A stretch of 41,271 nt of DNA. Origin: a virus. Taxonomy: Duplodnaviria; Caudoviricetes. Positions 18,176 through 26,316 of the stretch are shown here, in pieces. The translations under genes and the position numbers were made by a program. The stretch's first letter is position 1; each line of letters starts with the position of its first letter. The DNA lies in the IMG/VR virus record IMGVR_UViG_3300005611_000068, positions 1 to 41,271 of that record; one strand, 5' to 3'. The notes under the pieces were generated by a model. The model did not search any database. It had not been told where the DNA came from and worked only from the letters and a program-made list of their open reading frames with translations.

Positions 18176-18399
18176 TCTGCATCTCCATAGTTGTCCACAA
18201 ATTCGTGGAGGTCTTCGATGTCGGTCTCAGGGTCTTTACCCCATTCCATGTAATGCTCAAACAGCTCGTTTGCCATCATGCTGCTACTAAGATCGTTGAC
18301 ATAGTTCTCTGCAGCGTTTTCGAGTCGTTCGAGTAGTAGGTTTCTGCGCCACTCGGTGAGTGACGATAACACTTTTGAAGTTTGTAATTCGATATCCAT
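18172..18399 (-). CDS. Hypothetical acidic early protein
   Basis: 75 aa, coupled to both neighbours. Confidence 0.65.
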   Translation of the reverse strand: MDIELQTSKVLSSLTEWRRNLLLERLENAAENYVNDLSSSMMANELFEHYMEWGKDPETDIEDLHEFVDNYGDAE

Positions 18400-18578
18400 T
18401 ACAGTACTCCCGCGTGGGCAAACAAGTCGAATACGAAGTCTGGCTCTAGGCCGTTTTCGTAGAGGATCTCTTCGGGATCCATCCCATTCTTGAAGTCTTC
18501 CACCATGTATTCGATGGTGCTTTTGATTTCCTCGGCGTCAAAACCTTGGGCCTTGAGTGACGTTGCAATTTTGTACAT
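18399..18578 (-). CDS. Hypothetical acidic protein (59 aa, not in ORF track)
   Basis: AGGAGCTAGAT-ATG; MYKIATSLKAQGFDAEEIKS...GLEPDFVFDLFAHAGVL. Confidence 0.7.
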   Translation of the reverse strand: MYKIATSLKAQGFDAEEIKSTIEYMVEDFKNGMDPEEILYENGLEPDFVFDLFAHAGVL

Positions 18579-18592
18579 ATCTAGCTCCTCAA

Positions 18593-18808
18593 TTACCAGC
18601 TGGCAGCAGCGTCAATCTCGCTTTCGCATTCGCAAATGAGAAAGACATATGCTTGGAGTTCTGCAACCGCTTCGTTGGTGGTTTTGCAGTTGCGTTCGGC
18701 GACGTAATCAAAGATCTCTTCGTCGCTCCACGCTTCCACGATCAAGTCCCAGCCGGCGTTGTAGTGCTTGTTAGCGTGTGCTCTAATTGCTTGAATATCA
18801 ACAGTCAT
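18593..18808 (-). CDS. Hypothetical early protein
   Basis: 71 aa, HYNAGWDLIVEAWSDEEI; GGGGCTAGAT-ATG. Confidence 0.7.
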   Translation of the reverse strand: MTVDIQAIRAHANKHYNAGWDLIVEAWSDEEIFDYVAERNCKTTNEAVAELQAYVFLICECESEIDAAASW

Positions 18809-18818
18809 ATCTAGCCCC

Positions 18819-19205
18819 TTAGTGGTTGTTGTCGTACCAAATCAGGTAGTCGAAAAATACGGGTAGTTCGTCAAAACTGTTTTCCGACCGCTCGAAAATA
18901 TTCTTAGCGGAGAGGATCAATGGTGTTTTACCCTCGTTCTGTTCGACAAACGCTTGGATGTCTTCCGGACTTGGGGTGTATCGAAAAGCGTCGTCCCCAA
19001 ACGGTGCACTCATGTGTACGACGAATGTATCGTCGAGGTATCCGAATGGAAAAATCTCCAAGTACAACTTTTCTAGCTCATCTTTCTCGGGATCTCCAAG
19101 ATACACGGTCAAGTGGTATTGTTGCGGTCTGTTGTAGCCAAGTTCCGGGAACTTTGTGTCGATCAGTTCCTGAATATTGTCTAGCTGCTCTGTGTAGTCG
19201 TTCAT
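18819..19205 (-). CDS. Hypothetical early protein
   Basis: 128 aa acidic; own promoter and AGGAG RBS. Confidence 0.7.
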   Translation of the reverse strand: MNDYTEQLDNIQELIDTKFPELGYNRPQQYHLTVYLGDPEKDELEKLYLEIFPFGYLDDTFVVHMSAPFGDDAFRYTPSPEDIQAFVEQNEGKTPLILSAKNIFERSENSFDELPVFFDYLIWYDNNH

Positions 19206-19218
19206 ATCTAGCTCCTAT

Positions 19219-19296
19219 CTATACTTTCTAAGGGTCGTAGGGCTTTCGCGCCCTACCCTTTTATAATAAGGCCCAAAATAAAGGACTGTAAAGGCA
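19219..19296 (-). promoter_or_regulatory. Repeated promoter GCCTTTACA-18-TATTAT + hairpin + TAGAAAGTATAG
   Basis: Member of repeated motif family. Confidence 0.75.
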
Positions 19297-19310
19297 GCGG
19301 CGGCGGAACA

Positions 19311-19574
19311 TTATTCTTCATCCAACGACCAGCCAGGACACAATTCCGTACCAATCGGGTCCATTTCAAAATGACGTTCTGAGATCAGTTCATCGTTGAC
19401 GAAATCAAAAACTGCAAGGGTTGCGCCATCCGCAACATAGATCACTCCGTGTTGGTCATCTTCGCAAATCATTGCGGTTTCGGACTCTACTCCCGCAAAC
19501 GCTTCCATCTCTGAAGAATTTATCACTCGCCATTCGAGGCCGAGGGTGTATCGAATCAGTTGTTCGAAGTTCAC
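19311..19574 (-). CDS. Hypothetical protein
   Basis: GTG start with GGAGG RBS, overlapping upstream TGA. Confidence 0.6.
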   Translation of the reverse strand: MNFEQLIRYTLGLEWRVINSSEMEAFAGVESETAMICEDDQHGVIYVADGATLAVFDFVNDELISERHFEMDPIGTELCPGWSLDEE

Positions 19575-19918
19575 TGTATCCCTCCTTCTGAAATAAAGAC
19601 CATCACTGCGATAGCTGCAGCAATCAGGGTCAGTGCATAGACAACCCACGCGCTATCTTCTTTCGGAGCTTCCAGCTTTTCGATTTCGACGATCTTTCTG
19701 GACTTGGTTACTTTGGGTAGTTCGCCATTCTTTTGCCCGACAACGATGCCAAAGAAATCGTAGAGCTTGGTTTGTAGTTCTGGGTTAGGGTTTGATCGGC
19801 CACATTCCCAGTGCGATACTGCGGAGCTGCTTATTCCAAGCAAGCTGGCCAGTTGTGTTTGACTCAACCCTTTTGCGAGGCGTAGTTTCTTAACATCGGA
19901 TCCTTTAAGGAATTTCAT
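19571..19918 (-). CDS. XRE-family HTH protein with C-terminal hydrophobic helix
   Basis: LRLAKGLSQTQLASLLGISSSAVSHWECGRSNP; tail WVVYALTLIAAAIAVMVFI. Confidence 0.8.
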   Translation of the reverse strand: MKFLKGSDVKKLRLAKGLSQTQLASLLGISSSAVSHWECGRSNPNPELQTKLYDFFGIVVGQKNGELPKVTKSRKIVEIEKLEAPKEDSAWVVYALTLIAAAIAVMVFISEGGIQ

Positions 19919-20117
19919 TGAACGGTACTCCACTTTGGTATAGAAGGGCGGCTAGATTGGTCTTATCGGCTGGATCAAAACCATACTTTGCAGCTTGTTT
20001 AGTTCTCCAAAAGCTCACGCCTTCGGCGGTTGATACTCGCTTCCACTTGTTTGGGGAAAGCTTTTCAATGATGACTGTCTCCCCTTCAGGATTCAAGTCA
20101 AGGAATCTAAATGGCAT
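19905..20117 (-). CDS. Hypothetical protein
   Basis: 70 aa with GGAG RBS, overlapping neighbours. Confidence 0.55.
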   Translation of the reverse strand: MPFRFLDLNPEGETVIIEKLSPNKWKRVSTAEGVSFWRTKQAAKYGFDPADKTNLAALLYQSGVPFNEIP

Positions 20118-20325
20118 GTTGTTGCTCCATGTAGTCGTTTAATGCGTATAGCAGCCGATCATAAGTGCTACTCCAGTCTATATTTTCTAAGTACTCAACG
20201 GCATCTACCCATTGTTCGGGGGTCATATCCGCCGTGTCGAAAAGGTCGCGCTCCCACCACGCCACCACGAGGGCATCGTCGGGGTCATACTCTTTCAGCT
20301 CGTTCATCAGTTCGCGTACTTTCAT
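20107..20325 (-). CDS. Hypothetical acidic protein
   Basis: MKVRELxxELxxYDPD start; GGAGG RBS; ATGA overlap. Confidence 0.65.
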   Translation of the reverse strand: MKVRELMNELKEYDPDDALVVAWWERDLFDTADMTPEQWVDAVEYLENIDWSSTYDRLLYALNDYMEQQHAI

Positions 20326-20813
20326 GCTGCCTCCATAGGCTGTTGCCACCAGTGCGGTGTAATTGTGTATTCCCATCGTGCGAATCGGGCTTTCTCATGT
20401 CTGTAGTACGCACGGTACGCTTCGACGGTATCGGGGCGTTTGTACGCATCTGGCATGCACTGAGGTGGATCGGTAAATTTACCGTCAGCGATATTCGTAG
20501 GTGGCTTGATCAAATGGTCGGCTAACTTGAGATAGCTGAGATGATTCTTACCGTATCGCCAGTGGTACTCGGTCGATAGTGCGTGGAAAAGGTTAAAGGT
20601 CCATTGGTACTGCGCCGAGTTCGATCGTACCCAGACTGCGGATGGGTGGTAGGTGTGCGTTGCTTTGTAGAACACGTCCGGCACATCGGTGTCGAGGATG
20701 CGGTGTGCACTACACAGTAGCTGCGCGGTTTCAAGCACCATTTTGACAACATGCTTGTCGCAGTGGTCTTTAGCCGCGAGTACTGGGTCGTGGTTGAGGT
20801 AGAAAATATTCAC
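20322..20813 (-). CDS. Pyrimidine-dimer DNA glycosylase/endonuclease V-like protein
   Basis: MNIFYLxxDP...HCDKHVVKMxLExAQLL...HPSAVW...PQCMPD...AYRAYY. Confidence 0.75.
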   Translation of the reverse strand: MNIFYLNHDPVLAAKDHCDKHVVKMVLETAQLLCSAHRILDTDVPDVFYKATHTYHPSAVWVRSNSAQYQWTFNLFHALSTEYHWRYGKNHLSYLKLADHLIKPPTNIADGKFTDPPQCMPDAYKRPDTVEAYRAYYRHEKARFARWEYTITPHWWQQPMEAA

Positions 20814-21043
20814 CGGCTGAATCTCAGCGGTACATCGTTGTAGTCGCGCAGATCTTGGTCAAGCGCGTCGTACCACTCAGCTTCGCGAGTACGGCGGTCG
20901 AGCATATCGTTGACCTGAGCAAGCCAGTCACGCTCAAGTTGTGCGTACTGTTCGTCGAGTTCGGAATACTCGGTGTAGCCAGCGTAGGCTGAAACAAGTT
21001 CGTCAAGCTCATAACGGGTCATTGTTTGTAGTTTTGCGTTCAT
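20810..21043 (-). CDS. Hypothetical acidic protein
   Basis: Start MNAKLQ after AAGGAG; track's upstream extension is promoter DNA. Confidence 0.65.
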   Translation of the reverse strand: MNAKLQTMTRYELDELVSAYAGYTEYSELDEQYAQLERDWLAQVNDMLDRRTREAEWYDALDQDLRDYNDVPLRFSR

Positions 21044-21057
21044 ATCAAACTCCTTTG

Positions 21058-21135
21058 CTATACTTTCTAGGTTCGGCAGGTTATCTAACCTACCAGCTTT
21101 TACTATAGCCCCCAAAAGGGGGCAATGTAAAGGCA
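21058..21135 (-). promoter_or_regulatory. Repeated promoter GCCTTTACA-18-TATAGT + hairpin + TAGAAAGTATAG
   Basis: Member of repeated motif family. Confidence 0.75.
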
Positions 21136-21142
21136 AAACGGC

Positions 21143-21538
21143 TTAACTTACAGAAATGTCGAAGGTGTTGTGGTTAAAGAATTCCGCAATCGAATCTTCA
21201 ACAAAGCGTTCGAGTCCACCGATGTCTTCTGCGGAGATATCGTTAAGTGCATCGTGGACACCATCACGAACAATCTGTTCGAAGTCGAAGTCTTCGATGG
21301 CAGCGTGTACCATCGAGATAACTTTATCTTCGATAAGTGTGTCGATGCTGTTCTTTTGAATAACACGCATCTGTTCCAACTTACCTTCGAGTCGTTTGTT
21401 GGATACTTCGTGGTTCATGATGATTTCGTCGCGGTTATTAATCGCTCTGTCACGAATCACTATAGTGTCCTGTGCATGCGCAAGGTCGATTTCGAGTTTG
21501 TTAATGCGATCTTGCAAACGGATAATTTCTTCGTTCAT
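21143..21538 (-). CDS. Hypothetical coiled-coil protein
   Basis: 131 aa; AGGAGCTAGAT-ATG. Confidence 0.7.
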   Translation of the reverse strand: MNEEIIRLQDRINKLEIDLAHAQDTIVIRDRAINNRDEIIMNHEVSNKRLEGKLEQMRVIQKNSIDTLIEDKVISMVHAAIEDFDFEQIVRDGVHDALNDISAEDIGGLERFVEDSIAEFFNHNTFDISVS

Positions 21539-21552
21539 ATCTAGCTCCTTTG

Positions 21553-21633
21553 CTATAACTTTCTAAAAGGTTCGTTACGGTTTCCCCCGCAACAATTTAA
21601 CTATACGCCCCAAAGTTTGGGAGTGTAAAGGCA
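21553..21633 (-). promoter_or_regulatory. Repeated promoter GCCTTTACA-18-TATAGT + hairpin + TAGAAAGTTATAG
   Basis: Member of family; overlaps 3' end of upstream ORF. Confidence 0.75.
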
Positions 21634-21888
21634 TAGGGTCTCAAAGTACGTCACAGCAGGAAAGTAGGCGTCTACCTCTCCGCCGTAGTCTTTGTAGTTG
21701 AACGTTCGTACCGTGTTACCATCACCATTTTGGATAAAGTAGCAAGGTCCGTGGTCCTGTGTCAGTTGACCTTCGTACAATCGGTACTCAGGTTTACCGT
21801 CCGGGTCTCGTGATTCACCGAGGATCTTACTCGGCCAGATCTTCTGTTGTTCTTTATCGTGGTACAACTCAGCGTAGCCGAGAGTCAT
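21601..21888 (-). CDS. Hypothetical protein
   Basis: 95 aa, ATGA overlap, GGAG RBS. Confidence 0.55.
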   Translation of the reverse strand: MTLGYAELYHDKEQQKIWPSKILGESRDPDGKPEYRLYEGQLTQDHGPCYFIQNGDGNTVRTFNYKDYGGEVDAYFPAVTYFETLCLYTPKLWGV

Positions 21889-22085
21889 TTCTTTTTCTCC
21901 ACCGCCAGTGCACAGAAATCATTAAAGCGAACACGAGGGCGTGCAACGTCCGCAAAAATCGATCCTTCTGGTCCCGGAATAACAGCCGGTGGGTGGAACA
22001 TACATAGACCATCTTCTGAGGTCATCTCACGAATGTACTGGCTTTCACGGTAGTACAGACATTCCTCACAATAAATCGTACTCAT
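21885..22085 (-). CDS. Small Cys-rich protein
   Basis: CEEC...GLCMFHPP...RPRVxxNDFC pattern. Confidence 0.6.
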   Translation of the reverse strand: MSTIYCEECLYYRESQYIREMTSEDGLCMFHPPAVIPGPEGSIFADVARPRVRFNDFCALAVEKKK

Positions 22086-22086
22086 C

Positions 22087-22278
22087 TCATTTCCTTTTGA
22101 TTACAGCTGCACCGAAGCTGTTGCCGTCTTCATTCCAAAACGTCCAGCCCAGTTCTTCAGCTCGTTGTTGTAAGTAATCTCGTTGCTCGAACGAGTAGTA
22201 CGCCACGACATGATTCTTCTCGGTCTTCGTTAGAAGTCGATCGATCGTAGCTTTGTAACTATCATTCAGCGTCGTCAT
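22087..22278 (-). CDS. Hypothetical protein
   Basis: Likely start MTTLNDSY; fills gap between neighbours. Confidence 0.5.
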   Translation of the reverse strand: MTTLNDSYKATIDRLLTKTEKNHVVAYYSFEQRDYLQQRAEELGWTFWNEDGNSFGAAVIKRK

Positions 22279-22486
22279 AATCGTCCGCAGCATGCTTAGA
22301 AATGTAGTCCTGAACAACGGGACAGTCTTCAGGGGACGATACCGTACAGTCGTAGGCTCCGGGTGAGTCGCCTGTGCCTGAGAAATCAGAATAGTACTTT
22401 CCGAACTCACATTCAGCGCAGTCTTCTGCAGTTACTACATTGGTAAAAACATGGTCGATCATTAAATCCCAATCACGGTTGCTCAT
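22262..22486 (-). CDS. Small acidic Cys-containing protein
   Basis: CAEC...DC...DCP; AGGAG RBS. Confidence 0.6.
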   Translation of the reverse strand: MSNRDWDLMIDHVFTNVVTAEDCAECEFGKYYSDFSGTGDSPGAYDCTVSSPEDCPVVQDYISKHAADDYDDAE

Positions 22487-22496
22487 CTATCTCTCC

Positions 22497-22745
22497 TTAT
22501 TCGCAACGCCACACACGGATGCCGTTCGCATCGGGTTTTGTTACTGTTCTGATTCCATACTTCTTATGTGCGTTTGTACGGGATTGGTTTAGTCGGTTAC
22601 GCAGACGGCTCAACGTATCGCTACCGTCAGTACGAACTGGAACATAAAAGCTATCGCCGACGTTCATCTTTTCCCATGGGTACACTGAAGCAGCATGCTC
22701 AAATACTTCTGGCATTGGGACGTTGTTTTCGATTTCAAAAGACAT
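22497..22745 (-). CDS. Small phage protein (possible DNA-binding)
   Basis: IENNVPMP...YPWxxMxVGDSFxVP...GIRVWR family motif. Confidence 0.7.
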   Translation of the reverse strand: MSFEIENNVPMPEVFEHAASVYPWEKMNVGDSFYVPVRTDGSDTLSRLRNRLNQSRTNAHKKYGIRTVTKPDANGIRVWRCE

Positions 22746-22753
22746 AAAGGCTC

Positions 22754-22846
22754 CTATGGGATAAGTTGAATAATTATCAAGATGTCTGCAATCAGCACCA
22801 GTAAAGCGGCTGCGATAATGATGTCAAGCAAGAAGTATCTACGCAC
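22754..22846 (-). CDS. 30-aa single-helix membrane peptide
   Basis: TAAGGA RBS, GTG start, MRRYFLLDIIIAAALLVLIADILIIIQLIP. Confidence 0.5.
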   Translation of the reverse strand: MRRYFLLDIIIAAALLVLIADILIIIQLIP

Positions 22847-22850
22847 GTGA

Positions 22851-23243
22851 TTAATCCTTAAGTCTACGGTCAATATAGTCACACACAGCGTTGTAAACAG
22901 TCGCGGTTTGTGCACCGATATGCCACATCGCAATCTCTTCTGGACGCGCACCGAGTTCAGGTTTATCGTCGAAGTATCCCGGTCCGTTCTTCCAATTATA
23001 AATTGTGAACGGTTGGTCATCGATCGTACCCACCCACTCGTAATCAACTTTGTAGCGATCACCACGCGAGTTGTAATCACCAAACATCTGCTTAAGCTGG
23101 TCGTATCGCAAATGGATATAGCCGCGTAATCCGCAGCCATCGGTGTTGGTTTCAGGACTCATAAACACGATCGGCTGATCGTTCTCAACATACATATAGG
23201 GGTTGTGATAGTCAGCCGGTTCTATAGGTCTAGCAATGTTCAT
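22851..23243 (-). CDS. Hypothetical protein
   Basis: Start MNIARP (GGAG RBS); KVDYEW...FTIYNWK...WHIG motif. Confidence 0.7.
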   Translation of the reverse strand: MNIARPIEPADYHNPYMYVENDQPIVFMSPETNTDGCGLRGYIHLRYDQLKQMFGDYNSRGDRYKVDYEWVGTIDDQPFTIYNWKNGPGYFDDKPELGARPEEIAMWHIGAQTATVYNAVCDYIDRRLKD

Positions 23244-23262
23244 ATCAATCTCCAAGGGCCAC

Positions 23263-23280
23263 GGTCCCCCGAAGGGGACC
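23263..23280 (-). other. C(UUCG)G hairpin without U-tract
   Basis: GGTCCCC-TTCG-GGGGACC directly after wHTH paralog C. Confidence 0.55.
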
Positions 23281-23289
23281 TGTGGGTCA

Positions 23290-23625
23290 TTAGCCAAGTT
23301 GAATATATCCGCCATCGATCAATGCTTGACGATAGAAGGTATAGATACGCTTCGGCTCTTGCTTGGTCTTGAGACCGTTCTTGATCAGGTTGTCGATCAC
23401 TTCCTGCTGCGTGGACTTACCGCCCAACGCATCTAAGGTTGCGAGGACTACACGGGCTTGTGCGGCCATCTTAACGCCGTCTTTCGGCTTGGATACCAAC
23501 TTAACCGGACGGGTATCGAACGCTCCGCCACGGGTTCCTGCGGTCTTAGGAGCCGGAACAGCGGCGGTCTTTTTAGCACGGGGTGCTGGGGTCTTCTTCA
23601 CAGAAGTTACGGTTGCAGTCTGCAT
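23290..23625 (-). CDS. wHTH-like protein with Lys/Ala/Pro-rich N-terminus, paralog C
   Basis: QARVVLATLDALGG...TKQEPKRIYTFYRQALIDGGYI; AAGGAG RBS. Confidence 0.75.
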   Translation of the reverse strand: MQTATVTSVKKTPAPRAKKTAAVPAPKTAGTRGGAFDTRPVKLVSKPKDGVKMAAQARVVLATLDALGGKSTQQEVIDNLIKNGLKTKQEPKRIYTFYRQALIDGGYIQLG

Positions 23626-23641
23626 AACATTCTCCTTTCTA

Positions 23642-23977
23642 TCAGACTAAGGTTTTCGCCAGATCACGCATCTGACGTAGGGTACGAAGCTCAATCTCAA
23701 TCTCCGCTACGGCTTGTAGCAAACGATCAAGTGAATCTTCGGAACACTTGGTTACAGCTTTCTTGAAGTAAGCGCGCTTCACACGCATTCCTCCTTCTGG
23801 GCTGAGTTCAATAGCATCAATCGAACCGCGCTTGTGCAGGTATCGAAAGCTGCTACTGATATCAGCCGCTTTACATCCTTTCGGAAGAAGCTGCTTATGG
23901 TTGTTGATGAACTCGGATGGAGTCATCGGTTGCGAGGTGAGGTTCCTCATAATAATCGAACTATATTCAGTGTACAT
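23642..23977 (-). CDS. Hypothetical (HTH-like plus coiled coil) protein
   Basis: Start MYTEYS downstream of family promoter. Confidence 0.6.
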   Translation of the reverse strand: MYTEYSSIIMRNLTSQPMTPSEFINNHKQLLPKGCKAADISSSFRYLHKRGSIDAIELSPEGGMRVKRAYFKKAVTKCSEDSLDRLLQAVAEIEIELRTLRQMRDLAKTLV

Positions 23978-23981
23978 ATCT

Positions 23982-24059
23982 CTATACTCTCTAAGTTGCA
24001 AGCTGCTTTACTACAGCTTATTTTTAACTATAGCCCCCACTTTAAGGAATGTAAAGGCA
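23982..24059 (-). promoter_or_regulatory. Repeated promoter GCCTTTACA-17-TATAGT + hairpin + TAGAGAGTATAG
   Basis: Member of repeated motif family. Confidence 0.72.
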
Positions 24060-24160
24060 GAGCTAAGACGCGGCTAGAGCAAGCCAAACAAATGCGAACG
24101 CTACGATAAGAAGCGGGCGTAGCACCCGTCCAAGTAAACAAAATATCTCGATCATACATA

Positions 24161-24445
24161 TTAGTGGTGATTGTTAGACACAAGGTGTAAGAAAGGCTTT
24201 GCAGCTTCAGTGTTATCGTTATCTTCGATGAACCCTTTAGCAATAAGCCACGGCATGTAATACTCAACCAACATATCTTCGTTGTAGCTCGGTAACTCGA
24301 TACCGGCTTCGATCATCGCAAAGGACATCTCCTTGGTAAGGGACTCGTCTTGTAAGAACCTAGCGGCTAACCACAATCCGAGTGCGGTTTCCATACGCAG
24401 GTCAAGCTGGACGACTTTATCTTTCTCATAGTTACTATCTGACAT
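24161..24445 (-). CDS. Hypothetical protein
   Basis: 94 aa, AAGGA RBS. Confidence 0.6.
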   Translation of the reverse strand: MSDSNYEKDKVVQLDLRMETALGLWLAARFLQDESLTKEMSFAMIEAGIELPSYNEDMLVEYYMPWLIAKGFIEDNDNTEAAKPFLHLVSNNHH

Positions 24446-24460
24446 GAATATCCTTGGAAT

Positions 24461-24486
24461 AAAAAAGACCCCTCCGAAGAGGGGTC
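24461..24486 (-). terminator. Intrinsic terminator
   Basis: GACCCCTC-TTCG-GAGGGGTC-T6. Confidence 0.85.
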
Positions 24487-24496
24487 AAACTGGAGG

Positions 24497-25504
24497 CTAC
24501 GCTGCTTTTGCGTAATCGAGGGCTAGGTCAAGTGCGCGAGCCTTGAGATTGGCTCCCTGACCAAACCACGCACGGTGCAGCGCATTACCGGATTCGGTCT
24601 CATTGCGCATGTGGTCTTCAACATAGGTTACAGCATTCAGTGCCCCCCACCAAGTACCCTTGCTGGACTTGAGGTCTGCACCCGGCTGACGCTCTACGGC
24701 TTCGAATACAAGCTCAGAGGTCTTGTTCATCTGGTCACGCATAGGCGTTTCTTTATCGATCGGCGTACCGTCAGCACCAAGCAACGCTGGCTGGTAGAGT
24801 CGAGAAATAAAGTTGATGACATTGCTGGTCTCAGCCTTGCTCTCGCACAAGAACTCAGCAGCTTCCTTAAACTTGGTCATGCTCGCAGCACTCAAGCCTA
24901 ACGCTTCTTCTGCTCGTGCAACGACATCACCCTCGAACGCTTGTATGTGTGGCATACGGAAGCTACCGAAGCCTGATTCGCTCAACGCAAGCTGTAGGGT
25001 ATTGTTACATACCACACGAATCGGTGTGAGCTTGATGATCATGCTCTTACCAACGATATGCGGCTGGTTGATGAGCAGGTATCCCTTAATCTCATCGCCA
25101 CCGGGAAGAACAAAGTCGTCTGCGATCTTAGCAAGGCCCCATATTTCGCTACCACCTTTCAAGCTACCGGCGGTTTCCATCGTCATGTGACCCGCTTCAG
25201 TAAAACGCTTAAAGAAGTCGAAGATCTGATCGTTCTGAATTGGTACATAGTTCGTACCGGCTGGAGACAGAACACGGTTGTCGCTATCGCGCACAATAAA
25301 GTACGAATTAACCGCTTGAATAAGACCTACGTCTTCGCTCCACTCTGGGCTATCCAGTGTGTACGCTGGACGCTTAGAAACGGTCCAAGTAAGACCGGCA
25401 GCTTCCATCATTTCTTCCGGTGTCATGTCCGGACCAACTTCTACGCCAAGGCCATGCCACGGGCGATCACCCGTCCAAGCCATAGTTTCTATTTCATGAG
25501 CCAT
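24497..25504 (-). CDS. DUF932-family phage/plasmid protein
   Basis: MAHEIE...PWHGLG...ETAGSLKGG...TPIRVVCNNTL...GTWWGALNAVT. Confidence 0.85.
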   Translation of the reverse strand: MAHEIETMAWTGDRPWHGLGVEVGPDMTPEEMMEAAGLTWTVSKRPAYTLDSPEWSEDVGLIQAVNSYFIVRDSDNRVLSPAGTNYVPIQNDQIFDFFKRFTEAGHMTMETAGSLKGGSEIWGLAKIADDFVLPGGDEIKGYLLINQPHIVGKSMIIKLTPIRVVCNNTLQLALSESGFGSFRMPHIQAFEGDVVARAEEALGLSAASMTKFKEAAEFLCESKAETSNVINFISRLYQPALLGADGTPIDKETPMRDQMNKTSELVFEAVERQPGADLKSSKGTWWGALNAVTYVEDHMRNETESGNALHRAWFGQGANLKARALDLALDYAKAA

Positions 25505-25513
25505 ATTACTCTC

Positions 25514-25596
25514 CTTTCTAAAGTCAACGGTTTGCGCTAACGCTCATCGCTAGCTACCCCTAACTTTAAGCCCCAAAGTTACGGACTGTAAAGGCA
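25514..25596 (-). promoter_or_regulatory. Repeated promoter GCCTTTACA-18-TAAAGT + TAGAAAG
   Basis: Member of repeated motif family. Confidence 0.7.
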
Positions 25597-25601
25597 GCGT
25601 T

Positions 25602-25754
25602 TTAGACTTCGCATTTACCGCCGGGACAGCTCTGATGTTTAACAGCATCTTCGATAGCTGCTCTACGCTCTTCAAAGGGACCGAAGATAACATCCTCTTC
25701 ATTATTGAAGTACCAGTACCAGCCATCTGATTTTTGTATAAGAACGATTTCCAT
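25602..25754 (-). CDS. Hypothetical protein
   Basis: Start MEIVLI after GGAGG; GWYW...GPFE motif. Confidence 0.55.
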   Translation of the reverse strand: MEIVLIQKSDGWYWYFNNEEDVIFGPFEERRAAIEDAVKHQSCPGGKCEV

Positions 25755-26131
25755 TACCCCTCCAGTGTTTTGAGCAGTTGATTCCAGTCCACTGCTTTGA
25801 TATCCCATACATGATACGGAGCCACATTCAAGCCCTCGTCAGCGAGTTCTCGTGCCAAGGACCCCGGATACAGGTACAACTCTTTTGGCGTCTTCACAAG
25901 TACGAAGGTTCGACCTCCGACTTTGCTGCGCCGTAATAGCCACGCAACCTGTTCTGGCCTCAGTGCTACTTTCTTGGTCGTTGTATATTTTAACTCGACC
26001 CAAAACTCTGTACCATCTTTACAGCCGTTTATGTCCGGTATCCCTCGACTGGTCATACCGCTTTCGAGACGCTGTAGATCAGCATCTTTAATGTTTGCTC
26101 GAACGAGCTTCCAAAGTCCTGCTTCTGACAT
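25754..26131 (-). CDS. VRR-NUC/Holliday-junction-resolvase-like nuclease
   Basis: RLES...GIPDING...FWVELK...LRPEQVAW PD-(D/E)xK motif. Confidence 0.8.
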   Translation of the reverse strand: MSEAGLWKLVRANIKDADLQRLESGMTSRGIPDINGCKDGTEFWVELKYTTTKKVALRPEQVAWLLRRSKVGGRTFVLVKTPKELYLYPGSLARELADEGLNVAPYHVWDIKAVDWNQLLKTLEG

Positions 26132-26316
26132 TAGTCTAGGTATGTGTTTGCTTCGATGTACTCCTTCATAAACTGAAGGTTCGCGGTGCGTATCACCCAA
26201 TAACTAACTGAGCGTTGCGCGAGGCTGCGATCTTTTGCAGTGTTCAGGATCGTGTGTGCTTTAAGTAGTTCTGCTGTAACACCTTTATGAAGCTCTCTAA
26301 TAGTCTTCGACTTCAT
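26131..26316 (-). CDS. Hypothetical protein
   Basis: Coupled to polA stop (ATGA) and nuclease start (TAATG). Confidence 0.55.
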   Translation of the reverse strand: MKSKTIRELHKGVTAELLKAHTILNTAKDRSLAQRSVSYWVIRTANLQFMKEYIEANTYLD

